A stretch of DNA of 64,000 nucleotides from Centroscyllium fabricii (Eukaryota). The notes below the pieces were generated by a model, which was given only the letters and a program-made list of their open reading frames with translations, searched no databases and had not been told where the DNA came from. Below, one piece after another: positions 36,159 to 48,434 of this stretch (positions are counted from its first letter, which is position 1; each line of letters opens with the position of its first letter). The stretch is taken from NCBI GenBank assembly GCA_051313645.2, contig JBNRSN020000005.1, forward strand, positions 156,426,001 through 156,490,000. The letters run 5' to 3'. The position numbers were made by a program, and so were the translations under genes.

Positions 36159-39100
36159 TGACGTATCGTCAAGGTCTTCAATTAAAAGAGTCGACGCGTA
36201 GTTACCGAAACTAAAGGCTTTTAATTACTAAAGAACGGAGCTACTCTCCAGATGAACTACTGTACAGGAATGGATGGAGCCTCGGTCAGACCACACCTAT
36301 ATCGGGGCCTCACCTGGGGGAGGAGTCGGGGGTGTGGCTGACCTGGCTCCCAACAGAGTCACAGTAAACGGGGCTGTGCCTAACATCTGCACAGCCCATC
36401 ATTAGCCATGGTGATACAGTGGTATAACAGTGGAATAACGGTTACCATATTCACCCCTTCTTAAAAACTTTGAGTCCAGGGGGGGTGAATGGATCGAACA
36501 GTTCATAATTAGTCTGTCCGGCGGTCGTGTCTGCCTGGAGGACCGCCGGCGCTCCGGTGTTGGAGGCGGTGCCTCTTGTGTCAAATGGTCCGCATCTGTC
36601 GGCGCTGTGGCTTCAGGTCGCGGTGGGCTCGGCTGGTCCCCGCCGTCCGGTTCGTAGTCAGGGAAACACGGGGGCCATCCTGCGTCTGGTGGTTGGTTGA
36701 CCTGCTGGCCAGCAGGGGGCGCTGTGGTGGTGATTCCGGCAGGGGCCAGGTCCCTGATGGACACGGTGTCCTCACGCCCGTCCGGGAACTGCACGAAGGC
36801 GTAGTGCGGGTTCGCGTGTAGGAGCTGTACCTTGTCCACCAGGGGGTCCGTCTTGTGGCTCCGGACATGCCTTTTAAGCAAAACCGGCCCTGGCGTCGTC
36901 AGCCATGGAGGGAGAGCTGTCCCCGAAGTTGACCTCCTGTTAAAGGAAAAAATCAGATCGTGCGGGGTGGCGTTAGTCGCAGTACACAACAGTGAGCGAA
37001 TAGAGTGCAGCGCATCCGGGAGGACTGCCTGCCAATGGGACACTGGAAGGCCTCTGGACTTAAGGGCCAGGGTGACCGCCCTCCAGATGATCCCATTCTC
37101 CCTTTCTACCTGGCCGTTCCCCCGGGGGTTATAACTGGTCGTTCTGCTCGTGGCAACCCCTCTCTGGAGCAGGAACTGGCGCAGTTCATCGCTCATGAAC
37201 GATGACCCCCGGTCGCTATGGATGTAGCTGGGGAGACCGAAAATGGCGAACAGCGCGGTGAAGTGTTTTATCACCGTTGCGCTCGTCATGTCTGGGAAGG
37301 GGAAGCGGGAGAACTCATCCACTACCGTGAGGAAGTATGAGTTGCGGTCGGTGGAGGGGAGGGGGCCTTTGAAGTCCACGCTGAGATGTTCAAAGGGGCG
37401 GGTGGCCTTGATGAGGTGCGTCGTGTCTGGACGGAAAAAGTGGGGTTTGCACTCGGCGCAGACAGGGCACTCTCGGGTCATAGCCTTGATCTCCGTGATG
37501 GAGCAGGGGAGGCTACGGGATTTGACGAAATGGGCGAGTCTGGTGACACCTGGGTGGCAAAGGCGGTCGTGGAGGTCCTTCAGCCGGTCTAGCTGGGCAC
37601 TGGCGCACGGTCCCCTGGACAGAGCGTCAGGGGGTTCGTTGAGTTTGCCTGGTCGGTAAAGAATGTCATACTCGTAAGTCGAGAGATCGATCCGCCACCG
37701 CAGGATCTTATCATTCTTGATTTTACCCCGTTGTTTATTATTAAACATAAATGCTACCGACCGTTGGTCGGTGAGCAGGGTAAAACGCTTACCGGCCAGG
37801 TAATGACGCCAGTAGCGCACGGCCTCCACGATGGCCTGGGCCTCCTTTTCCACTGCTGAGTGGCGAGTTTCGGGTCCCTGTAAGGTGCGGGAGAAAAACG
37901 CTACGGGCCTGCCTGCCTGATTCAGGGTGGCAGCAAGGACGAAGTCCGAAGCGTCACTCTCCACCTGGAAAGGGATGGATTCATCAACAGCGAGCATGGT
38001 CGCCTTGATAATATCTTCCTTTATCCTTGCGAATGCCCTTTGGGCTTCCACAGAGAGGGGGAAGACAGCAGCCTTGAGAAGTGGCCTAGCCTTATCTGCG
38101 AACTGTGGGACCCATTGTGCATAATAGGAGAAAAATCCTCAAGGCTTTGGGGTTGTGAGGTAGGGGCAGTTCTTGCAAGGGTCGCATACGCTGTGGGTCG
38201 GGGCCGAGGAGCCCGTTCTCCACCACGTATCCGAGGATGGCGAGCCGGGCTGTATTAAAGACGCATTTGTCTTTGTTATACGTGAGGTCCAGCTTAGCCG
38301 CCGTGGCGAGAAATTTGGCCAGATTGGCATCGTGGTCCTGCTGGTCGTGGCCGCAGATGGTCACGTTGTCCAGGTAAGGGAAGGTGGCCTGCAAGTCATT
38401 TTGGTCAACCATACGGTCCATCTCCCATTGGAACACTGACACTCCGTTGGTCACGCCAAAGGGGACCCGGAGGAAGTGGTAGAGCCGACCGTTCGCCTCG
38501 AAGGCGGTGTAGGGGCGGTCGGCTTTCCGGATCGGGAGCTGATGATACGCCGATTTAAGGTCGATTGTGGAGAACACCTTGTACTGGGCGATCTGGTTGA
38601 CCATTTCTGAGATGCGGGGAAGGGGGTAGGCGTCGAGCCCGGTGTAGCGGTTGATGGTCTGGCTGTAATCGATAACCAGCCGCTGTTTTTCGCCAGACTT
38701 CACCACTACAACTTGGGCGCGCCAGGGGCTGGTGCTGGCTTCAATTATCCCCTCCTTCAGCATCCGCCCGACCTCCGACCTGATAAACGTGCGATCCCCC
38801 TCACTGTACCGCCGACTCTTAGTGGCAATGGGTTTGCACTTCGGATCGAGGTTGGCGAACAGCGAGGGGGGGTCGATTTTCAGGGTGGAGAGGTGCAGGC
38901 CGGGCTCCGCTTTGGGGGGAGATTGTCCCGGCTACTGACGGTGAGGGGGGGTAAGGTCCCGCTGAACTCCACTGTCACACTCCTGAAGTGGCACTGGAAA
39001 TCCAAACCTAGTAAGGCTGGGGCACACAACTGTTGGAGGGTATACAATTTAAAATTACGGTACACGCGTCCCTGGACGGTGAGCGTGACGGAGCAGTAGC

Positions 39101-40914
39101 CGGTGACGTCCGCGGTGTGGGACTGTGAAGCTAGGGAGACTTGGTAGTTGGTGGGCAGGACCTGCAGTCCGCAGCGCCGCACTGTATCAGGGTGAATAAA
39201 ACTCTCAGTGCTGCCTGTGTCGAAAAGGCAGTCGACAGTATGATCATTAATACTAATCGGTATTATTGAGTTGGACAGGTTATGGGGCCTGCCCTGGCTA
39301 ACTCTGATTCTGGCCTCCGCAGCCCCTGCTGATGATCGGAGCTGTGCACAAGATGGCGCCGCCCCTGGCTCGCACATGGAGGGGCCCTGGATACAAGATG
39401 GCGTCGCCCCTGGCCCGCAGCTGGTGGGGCCCCGTATACAAGATGGCGCCGCCCCTGGCTCGCACATGGGGGGGCTCTGGTTGCAGAATGGCATTTCTGA
39501 GGGGCCCTGTGAACGCGCTGGCGGCGCCCGTGATTCGCATGCAGCGAACCGCGGTGATCGGGTTGGCGGTGCCCGTGATTCGCACGCAGCGAACCACGGT
39601 GGTCGGGTTGGCGGTGCCCGTGATTCGCACGCAGCCGGCCGCGTTGGGGGGTCGCGCTTGGCCGGCCTTTGCTGCATCAGGGTGGGGGATGGGGGCGCTT
39701 GTTGTTTACCCCCGTACCGTCGCTGGATCGCGCTGCTAATGCAGCTTACCTGGTCTCTGTCGGTGCTCTCACAGGCTGCACTGTTGTACCTTTTGTTAAA
39801 TGCTGCTGGGGATGCTGCTGGAGACGCTGCTGGAGCTGATTTGCAGACCTTAGCGTAGTGTCCCTTCTTTGCACATTTCTCGCAGGTCGCTGTCCTGGCT
39901 GGGCATTTCGCTCTAGGATGCAGTCCCTGGCCGCAGAAGTAACAGCGCTTTCTTTTAACGTCTTCAGTGGCCATCGCGGCCATCGTGGGGGTCTCGGCCC
40001 GTGGCGCCCAGGCCTGGGCCTGTTGTGGCGCGGCCCATATGTTGTAGGCTTGCGGGTTAGTGCCGCTGTACGCCTGTAACTTTCTGCGGGCCCCCTCTAC
40101 CGATTTGGCTAACGTGGTTGCCTCCTCGAGGGATAAATTGTCTCTCTCTAGTAGCCGCTGGCGGGCTTCCACACACCTCAGTCCTGTGACATAAGCGTCC
40201 CGAACGAGGAGTTCTTCCTCCTCTGCAATAGTTGTGCCTTTGCAGCCACAGGCCCGTACCAGGGCCAGGAGCACTTGCTCAAACTCCTCATTTGACTCAC
40301 CCGGTAGTTGAGGTCTGGTCGCCAGCACATGTCGGGCGTAGACCGAATGGACTGGACGCACGTAGCATTTCTTTAAAATTTGTACAGTCCTTTCGTAGGT
40401 TGTGGCGTTCCTGACGAGGGTGAATACTCTGCTGGAGATCCTAGATCGCAGGACTTGTAGCATGTCCTTGTCTGCTGTAGCCTCGGCGGCTTCCATGTAG
40501 GCCTCCAGTAGGCCGAACCAGTGTTTGATGGTAGCGGGAGCAGCAGGATCCTGGGGACTGATGTCCAGCTTGTCAGGCTCAACGTTGCTGCTATCCATTT
40601 TAAAATAATTTAGTAATTAAAATTGACGTATCGTCAAGGTCTTCAATTAAAAGAGTCGACGCGTAGTTACCGAAACTAAAGGCTTTTAATTACTAAAGAA
40701 CGGAGCTACTCTCCAGATGAACTACTGTACAGGAATGGATGGAGCCTCGGTCAGACCACACCTATATCGGGGCCTCACCTGGGGGAGGAGTCGGGGGTGT
40801 GGCTGACCTGGCTCCCAACAGAGTCACAGTAAACGGGGCTGTGCCTAACATCTGCACAGCCCATCATTAGCCATGGTGATACAGTGGTATAACAGTGGAA
40901 TAACGGTTACCACA
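36159..40914 (-). mobile_element. Gypsy LTR retrotransposon 3, very recent
   Basis: 291-bp LTRs at 36159-36449 and 40624-40914, one base different by eye; TSD ACAGC; PPT AAGAAGGGGTGAA. Confidence 0.97.
36402..40598 (-). pseudogene. Gypsy 3 gag-pol, broken by frameshifting deletions
   Basis: ORFs 38880-40598 (gag-PR), 38092-38763 (RT, YLDN) and 36402-38051 (RNase H-integrase). Confidence 0.92.
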
Positions 40915-41880
40915 ACAGCAAAGCAGTTATTTTAATCCAAAGCTTTTGTGGTGGTTGGCAATTTCTTGTCTGTCCTTTACATTTGCAAACAAAATGTGTT
41001 GCTCCACCCAGTGCAGAACAGAAACTTACTGTTTTGAGCTTAATTTTAACTCTGACCCAATTTACTCTCCCTCCTGTTTAATCAGACATTTGGGTGCCGC
41101 GCTGCACCGCAACAGCTGGGAGAATTTGTTCCTGAATTCCAGGTTTCTGCCTCAAATATGTCTCTCTCTGGGATGTTGCCAAGAAATAATGCTGACGAAT
41201 GTTGTTTCAGCCTGGAGAGGGTTTCATCCATACTGTTCAGTGCTGCTGCTCGGTTAAAAGCAGAAACTTTTACATACATAGAAATATGTAGAAGTTACAA
41301 CATTCAGCTCAACCAGTCCATAACTGCATCTGCCCTCCACATGAGCAAATGGTTCTATTCACATTTACCCGCCCTGTTCCCTCTATTCACATTTACCCGC
41401 CCTGTTCCCTCTGTTCATATTTACCCGCCCTGTTCCCATATCATCTCAAGCCCCTTTCCTTCATCCACCTATTAAATATAATTTTGAATGTTGACTTAGT
41501 TTCTGCCTCAACCACTGACTCTGGAAAGAGAATGGCACCTCATTCTTGACCCCTCAACTACTGGAAACCGTTTGCTTCCATCGACTAATATAATAGCAAA
41601 ATACTGCGGATGCTGGAAATCTGAAATATCAACAGAAAATGCTGGAAATACTCAGCAGGCCAGGCAGCATCAGTGGAGAGAGAAACAGAGTTAATGTTTC
41701 AGGTTTGGGACCTTTCATCGGAACTGGAATAAACTGGAAATGTAACAGATATTAAGCAGGTGCAGAGACAGTTGTGGGGAGGCGGTTTGGAGGGGAGGAA
41801 GGATTGAAAGAACATACTGTGAAAATGTAGCAAATGGGAATGGCAAAATCATACAGCATGAAAAAAGGGGGCAGGGATTA

Positions 41881-42207
41881 TTATCTGAAATTATTGAACT
41901 CAATATTAAGCCCGGACGGCTGTAAAGTGCCTAATCGAAAGATTGGGTGCTGTTCCTCGAGCTTACGCTGAGCTTCACTGGAACAGTGTAAGAGGCCGAG
42001 GACAGAGAGATCAAAGTGGGAGTGAAGCGGAGAATTAAAGTGACAGGCGACCGGAAGCTCAGGGTGACCCTTACGGACTGAACGGAGGTGTTCTGCAAAG
42101 CGGTCGCCCAATCTGCGTTTGGTCTCCCCAATGTAGAGGAGGCCGTATCGTGAGCAGTGAATACAGTATATTAAATTGCAACAAGTACAAGTAAATCGCT
42201 GTTTCAC
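41881..42207 (-). pseudogene. Penelope GIY-YIG endonuclease domain (5'-truncated ORF)
   Basis: LIYCIHC...YIGETKRRLGDRFAEH...HF...E...GLN. Confidence 0.9.
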
Positions 42208-42810
42208 CTGGAAGGGGTGTTTGGGGCCCTGGACAGTGGGAAGGGAGGAGGTAAAAGGGCAGGTGTTGCATTTCCAGCGCTTGCACGGGAAGGTGCCAGG
42301 TGAAGGAGATGGCTGTTGGGGTGATTGAGGAGTGGACCCAGGTGAAATAGCGATTTAATTGTACTTCTTGCAATTTAATATACTGTATTCGCTTTGCGGA
42401 ACACCTCCGTTCAGTCCGTAAGGGTGATCCTGAGCTTCCGGTCGCCTGTCACTTTAATTCTCCGCTTCACTCCCACTCTGATCTCTCTGTCCTCAGCCTC
42501 TTACACTGTTCCAGTGAAGCTCAACATAAACTCGAGGAACAGCACCTCATCTTTCAATTAGGCACTTTACAGCCGTCCAGGCTCAATATTGAGTTCAATA
42601 ATTTCAGATAATAATCCCTGCCCCCATTTTTCATGCTGTATTATTTTGCCATTCCCATTTGCTACATTTTCACAGTATGTTCTTTCAATTCCTTCCTCCC
42701 CTCCAAACCGCACCTCCACACCCCCCCCCCCCGCCCCCCCCCCCCCCCCCCCCCACCACCCCGAACTGTCTCTGCACCTGCTTAATATCTGTTACATCTC
42801 CAGCTTTTTC

Positions 42811-42844
42811 CAGTTCTGATGAAGGGTCCCAGACCTGAAACATT
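42811..42844 (+). ncRNA. Minimal hammerhead-ribozyme-like core of the Penelope pseudo-LTR, split by the Harbinger insertion
   Basis: AGTT-CTGATGA-stem II (GGTC/GACC)-GAAAC-ATT; the stem I partner AACT is displaced to 48677. Confidence 0.6.
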
Positions 42845-43379
42845 GGGGGGGATTTTCATGTCGCCATTAGGCGGGGTTTGGGGCTGCTTTGAGGTGAAAA
42901 TAGCAAATTTTTGGGGTCCTGCCCCAGCCCGCCGGATCCCCGCCGGTTTTGCATTTTTGGACGGCCTGTTTCCCCGCCCCAAATCTTTCCCGTCGGCGGG
43001 GATGGTTGTTAAGGTCCTTAAGAGCCCTTAATTGGCATCTGTAATGTCATTTTAAGGGCCCTTAGCAATTTTCAGCTGGTTCCCATCCAAACCCCGCCAC
43101 CCTAAACCCCGCTGGGTGAAACCTAGCGGGAACACAATCGGATTGCTGAGTATCTGTGGCAGGTTCCTCATTGAAGGCTCACATTTAATTAGCCGTCATT
43201 GGCATTCGCACCGACATTGTTGTGTCAGGCCTGGGGATACTTGCAACAGGCTTCACCACACCTGTGGAAGGTTGGATCCTCACACACTTCTGCACTGTGA
43301 CCTGGGAAGGCTCTCTGACTCCCCCCCCCCCCCCACCCCCTCACTCAGTGCTTCCTCAGCCGAGGCTGCCAGCACAGCC

Positions 43380-44952
43380 ATGGGAGGCCTTTTTTTCCTT
43401 CCCTTCTTGGCATTAGATGATCTCCAGCAGGAGCAGTTGCGAAGACAGCGGCAGCAGCAGCCACACCAGGAGCCACAGGCTCCTGCGGACCCTCGGGAGG
43501 CAGCACGGGCCAGAAGGCATCAGCGCATGGAAGGCCGTCGCCGTAGAAGATACCCCCCCAAACAGGGTCTACAGAGTCAGGGCCACCTACCTCAACATGA
43601 GTGAACGGCAGTGCGAAAGGTGGCTCCGACTTTCCCGAGAGGCAGTCACAGACATCTGTGCGATGCTGCAGCAACAGCTGGAGCCCAGAACACCAGGTAG
43701 ACATGCCTTACCAGTGGCCCTCAAAGTCACCACCGCACTCAACTTCTTTGCCTCTGGCTCATTCCAGGGATCATCAGCAGACATCAGTGGCATCTCCCAG
43801 TCGGCCGCACACACTTGCATCATGCAGGTAATCGATGCCCTCTTTGCCCTCGCCCACAATTTCATCCATTTCACCAGGGATCGCGCAAGTGTGACGGGGA
43901 GAGCGATTGGAATAGCTCGTCTGGCAGGCTTCCCAAGGGTGCAGGGCATCATTGACTGCACACACGTGGCCCTTAAGGCACCCCCGACAACCTAGCTGCT
44001 TTTGTCAACCACAAGGGCTTCCATTCGCTCAATGTTCAACTGGTGTGTGACCACAACAAGGAGATTTTGCATGTGTAGAAACATAGAAACATAGAAAATA
44101 GGTGCAGGAGTAGACCATTCGGTCCTTCGAGCCTGCACCGCCATTTAATGCGTTCATGGCTGAACATAAGAACACAAGAAATAGGAGCAGGGGTAGGCCA
44201 ATCGGCCCCCCGAGCCCGCTCCGCCACCCAATAAGATCATGGCTGATCCTACCCTAACCTTCATACCACTATCACCCTTCATCCCACCCAAAGAACCATG
44301 TGATCTCCTGGGAGAGGCAAAAAACCGGATAAAAACCCAGGTCCAATTTGGGAAAAAAATCCGGGAAATTCCTCTCCGACCCCAATCTAGGCGATCGAAA
44401 TTTGTCCAGGAGATCACCAGGTACCCTGGCAGTTGCCATAACTCCTTCGTCCTGCGCCACTGAACCTTGCCTGCGCTCTTCACACCGCCAGACGAAATTC
44501 CGGGATGGCTACTTGGAGACAAGGGCTATCCCCTCAGGACTTGGCTTATGACGCCGGTCAGGAGGCCAGCCAATGAGGCTGAGGAGAACTCCAGACACAT
44601 CTCCACCAGATGCATTATTGAGCACACCATCGACTTGCTAAAGATGCGTTTCAGATGCTTGGACAGATCAGGTGGAGCCCTGCAATACTCCCCAGCCAGG
44701 GTCTCCAAAATGGTAGTGGTTTGCTGTCAACTTCACAACATGACACAGCGTCGTGGCTTGCAGATTCCTGACCAAGACCTGGCTCCTTGCATACCATCCT
44801 CAGATGATGAGGAGGAAGAGGAGCAGGAGAAGGAGGAGGATGAGGAAGAGTACGGGGTTGGTCCAGCGCGACAGCAGCCACCGGCAGCATTACACGAGAA
44901 CATTGCTGGCCAGCAAGCAAGGAACGAGCTCATCCTTGCAAGATTTACTTAG
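43380..44952 (+). pseudogene. Harbinger (HARBI1-like) DDE transposase
   Basis: FFASGSFQ, GFPRVQGIIDCTH, YPGSCH, LGDKGYP and IEHTI motifs. Frameshift in the C-run near 43555, stops at 43993 and 44461, insertion at 44077-44417. Confidence 0.93.
44077..44417 (-). mobile_element. Short retroposon: structured 5' domain plus two tandem CR1 3' tails
   Basis: Interrupts the transposase between HVC and RYPG; tails end TTCTTATGTT and (TTTCTATG)n. Confidence 0.8.
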
Positions 44953-46444
44953 CCTACTCAAGGCAGCTTCTGTTACTCTCACCATCTTAACTGCGCATCC
45001 TGAATGCCAAACATCATGCGCTTCCATACCTCATGGCTCCATGATCCCCAGTATTCCAGGAGGTTGTGAGTGTAGGGGGTGGCCTTGTGGGGGTCACAAT
45101 TGCCTCTGTGTGCCTTCAGCGCTCGCGCAGGCTCCCAGGCCCCTGTGACAGCATGCAGTACACTGAGGCTCATTTTCTCCATCCATCACAGGCAGTGGTT
45201 TAGAGCTTAGCCGCTGTAAATCTGATTTAAGGCCAAAGAGCAGCATCACATGCAATCATGTACACAGAAACATTAAACGTTGCCATTCTAATATAAGGTT
45301 TATTAAGGAAATACACCAACCATGGGGAAATGAATGGTTGTTTGTGTGAAGACCAGCACCTTACAATCACTCCACTTATTTGGTCCCAGCCATCACACCT
45401 AGCTACATGCAGCTTTGAAAGTTCACAGATTCATTCTGAGCAATGCAGTTCAGCCAGTCCAGTTTTGAGATTGCACTTTGCTTGCATTGTCCTTCAGGGT
45501 CTCCCACTGCCACGTAGTGCCCCTCCCTTTTCAACTGCGCCAGACCTTCACAGCATCCATCTGCTTCTGTTCTGGTGGTCTCACAGACTTCGTGGTTGCA
45601 ATCAACCCTATCAAAGTTCCTCCAGCGACTGAGGGCTTCACTTTAAAGCAATCCAAGTACTTCCTTCATCCTCTGTTACTCCAGAGATGTACCGCACAGT
45701 GATGCAAGCGCTGTCGCGTTTCTTAAACTTTCCTGGCTCTGCCTTAAACTGTCATGGAGGTGTTTCAGGGCTGGCCATCCCCTCATCTACGAGGAAATAT
45801 GCAACACAGTTGTCACAGCTTTTTGAAGGGCCTGGAGACGCCTGGCTGGTGTTCAGAAGCTAGGCCACCATCGCTGATTCGCTCTGTCCTTCAGGGTGAT
45901 GTGTTGTGGGGGCGGGGGGCAGCTGCCAAATGCAAATGTTGGATGCGTGGTAACTTTGCACAGTTTGCACCTTTAATCATTATCCAAGTTCATCCTTATG
46001 AAGTTCAGTTATGTTCAGTGTTCACCCTTCTGATGTTTGTTTCTGTTCAACGTTAATCCTTATGATGTTTGGTCGCTCTCCAGTGTGTTGGTTCTGATGG
46101 TTGGATGGTTCCCAGCTTCATCGTTGTGCTCGCTGGTGTGTCCGTGCTTGCAGGTAAGTCACATTCAATGACCTTCAGCCTTCACCATGGGCTTCCTGAC
46201 TGTTTTGTAACCTTATGCCTTTTGCTGTAACTCCTTCGGTTAGCGTGCGGCTGCATCATTGCATAACTGTGAGGGCTGACCGAATGTTGGCCAGCCTACA
46301 TAAGGCTTCAATATGAAATGGCCAGTCGCAAGGTTCCAGACATGACAAGTGCAGGAGCTCCCATGCCCCTTCGTGTGCGCTGCTAAAAAGTGACGACATC
46401 CTTAATCTAATCATTTCCTATCACCCAAGTGACTCCCCTTGTGC

Positions 46445-48434
46445 CTAATAGTGCTTTATTTTTCTCTTACGTGTGCTTCTACATGGTGCTGTCCCTGTGG
46501 TGTCAGCAGATGTGGAGGCCCCCCGCTCACTTCCCTGCTGCTCCTGCATCGACACCTTTGGCGGGTGTCCTCTGGGGTGGCGAGCCTGTGAGGACTCGCC
46601 ACCAGTCTGCTGCTCCTGCGGTTGGGCAGGGGATGAGACTTCCATCTCAGCTGGGTGGGGACTCCGGCGGGCCTCTGACCGAGGGCTCTGCAGTGGCATG
46701 GAACTGGGAGCGCTTGGAGAGGAGCCCCCACTTCCTGCAAGTGTGCCACCAACCTCCCTCTCATGGGTCAGCTCCCCCTCAGCGCCTGCAAGTGGCTGGA
46801 CAGCACCTTGCTGCACATCAGGGGGGCCATGGGGACCCGTATCTGCACTGGAACTCGTACTCGGAAGGACTTCCATGAAGGTCTGGTTCCTGTGTTCAAT
46901 AGATGGCCATCGCTCCTCAAGAGATGTCACTCTATTGTGAACACTCACCATGTTTTTGACACACTGGCGACTTATCTGCTCCATGGCCGTTGCCATCCTC
47001 TCCTCCACTGTTGCCATCCTTTCCATGGAGGTTGCCATCCTTGCCATGGTGATGCGGTCATGCGCCACTGACTCCACAAAGGCTCTGCTCATGTTTGCTA
47101 CGGACTCCTCCATTCGCTTCGCACTCGCAGCTACCTCGGAGACAAAACCTGCCAGACATGCCTGCATCTCTGTATGGAGTCCCATCACCTGTACTCTGCC
47201 AGATGGACCCAGAGGCAGAAGGTCCACATGCAGCTGAGCTGAGCTCTCAGAGTCCTGCGCCCTCCGACTCGGACTCTGCAATGCTGTCCCTGTCTCCACA
47301 ATCTGCTGAGGATCACTTGTGATTTGTGATTCACCCGGTAACAATACTAAGCTATGTCCTGAGGGTCCTACCGAGGTGCGAGTATCTGCGCTGGTGCTTG
47401 GTGTCCTCAGTGCTGCTGACGCTGCGCCCTCAGAGGTGGGAGCTTCCTCTGAGGATTCCCACTGGGCAGGCTCTTCAGCTGTCCCACTGGGCAACTGCTG
47501 TCCCGATGGTCCTGTGGGGCAGTAAAGGAAGAAGTTAGAGATGTGTTACCATGGTTACATTCACATTGCATTCAGTAGATGAACACAAGTCCATCTGATG
47601 TACTTTTATATTCATTGTGGCTGACTCATGTGATGGCTATGATAGAGATATTAAACAATTCTGTCACCAGCTTGCGACGCTGCCCCTGCCTCTCCCTCGC
47701 CCACTCCCGATGCATCTCCATCCCCCACAATTTCCAACACTCCTTCCTCCCATGGGGTGAGGTGGGTGATGGAGGGTCGACCTCCTCCGGTCCTGGCTCT
47801 CTCCCGCTTGTTGATGGCTGTCTTTTCCTGCAATGAGGGAGACAAGTGGAAGTTGAGTGAGAATGAAGGAGTTTGTGCAGCGAGTGAACAGCAAAGATAG
47901 TTGGAGGGAGAGAAAGATGGAGTAAGGCTGCAAGACCAAGGGCTCTCCCTGTGTGCTGTCAGTTGTGGTGCAAGCATCAGAGTGAGAGGGAGTGTGAGGG
48001 CTGCATGGTCGAAAAGGGCTGTGAATGTGAGCAGAGAGAGAGAGGGAATGGGTAAGGGTGCTTGGATGTGATCGTGAAATGGGATGTGGAGGAAGGGACT
48101 GGTGAAGCTAAGTGCTGCTGAGGAAAGGCGAGGGGGATCAGATTGAGGGTGATGGAAACTTTATACTTACTTTAGCAGTGCGATGAAGGTCATGGAATCT
48201 CTTCCTGCACTGGAGCCAGGACCATGGTGTTATTCCCAGGGAGGTGACCCCCTCAGCCACCTGCAGCCAGGCAGCCTTCGTCTGGGAGGGAGGTCTCTTC
48301 CTCCCTGAGGAGGGGAAGAGAACCTCCCTGTGGACCCTAGCCCCCTCTAATAAGGAATCGAGAGAGGCGTCGTCAAATTTTGGGGCGGGTCGTCCCCTGC
48401 CGCGGCCCGATGCAGCATCCTGGCGCTTGGACAT
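46445..48434 (-). CDS. Harbinger Myb/SANT-like DNA-binding protein; 3 exons (48434-48171, 47827-47668, 47511-46445), 496 aa
   Basis: APKF..LL..W..VA..W.QCRKRFHDL trihelix motif. GT-AG introns with polypyrimidine tracts; phases 0 and 1 join into one open frame. Basic C-terminus TRKRKIK. Confidence 0.88.

Larger units (their letters stand above)
41590..42844. mobile_element. Penelope-like element 3' ends in inverted arrangement; the plus copy continues at 48674-48740
   Basis: GIY-YIG ORF on the minus strand; inverted, internally deleted copy from about 42342; pseudo-LTR tails with hammerhead-like cores. Confidence 0.88.

Noticed and set aside
44251-44260. Telomere-like ACCCTAACC
   Set aside because: Under two units; chance level.
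44953-46444. Possible third Harbinger gene in the 1.5-kb spacer
   Set aside because: No long ORF or recognisable motif; a minus-strand AATAAA near 45300 fits a Myb-gene 3' UTR.
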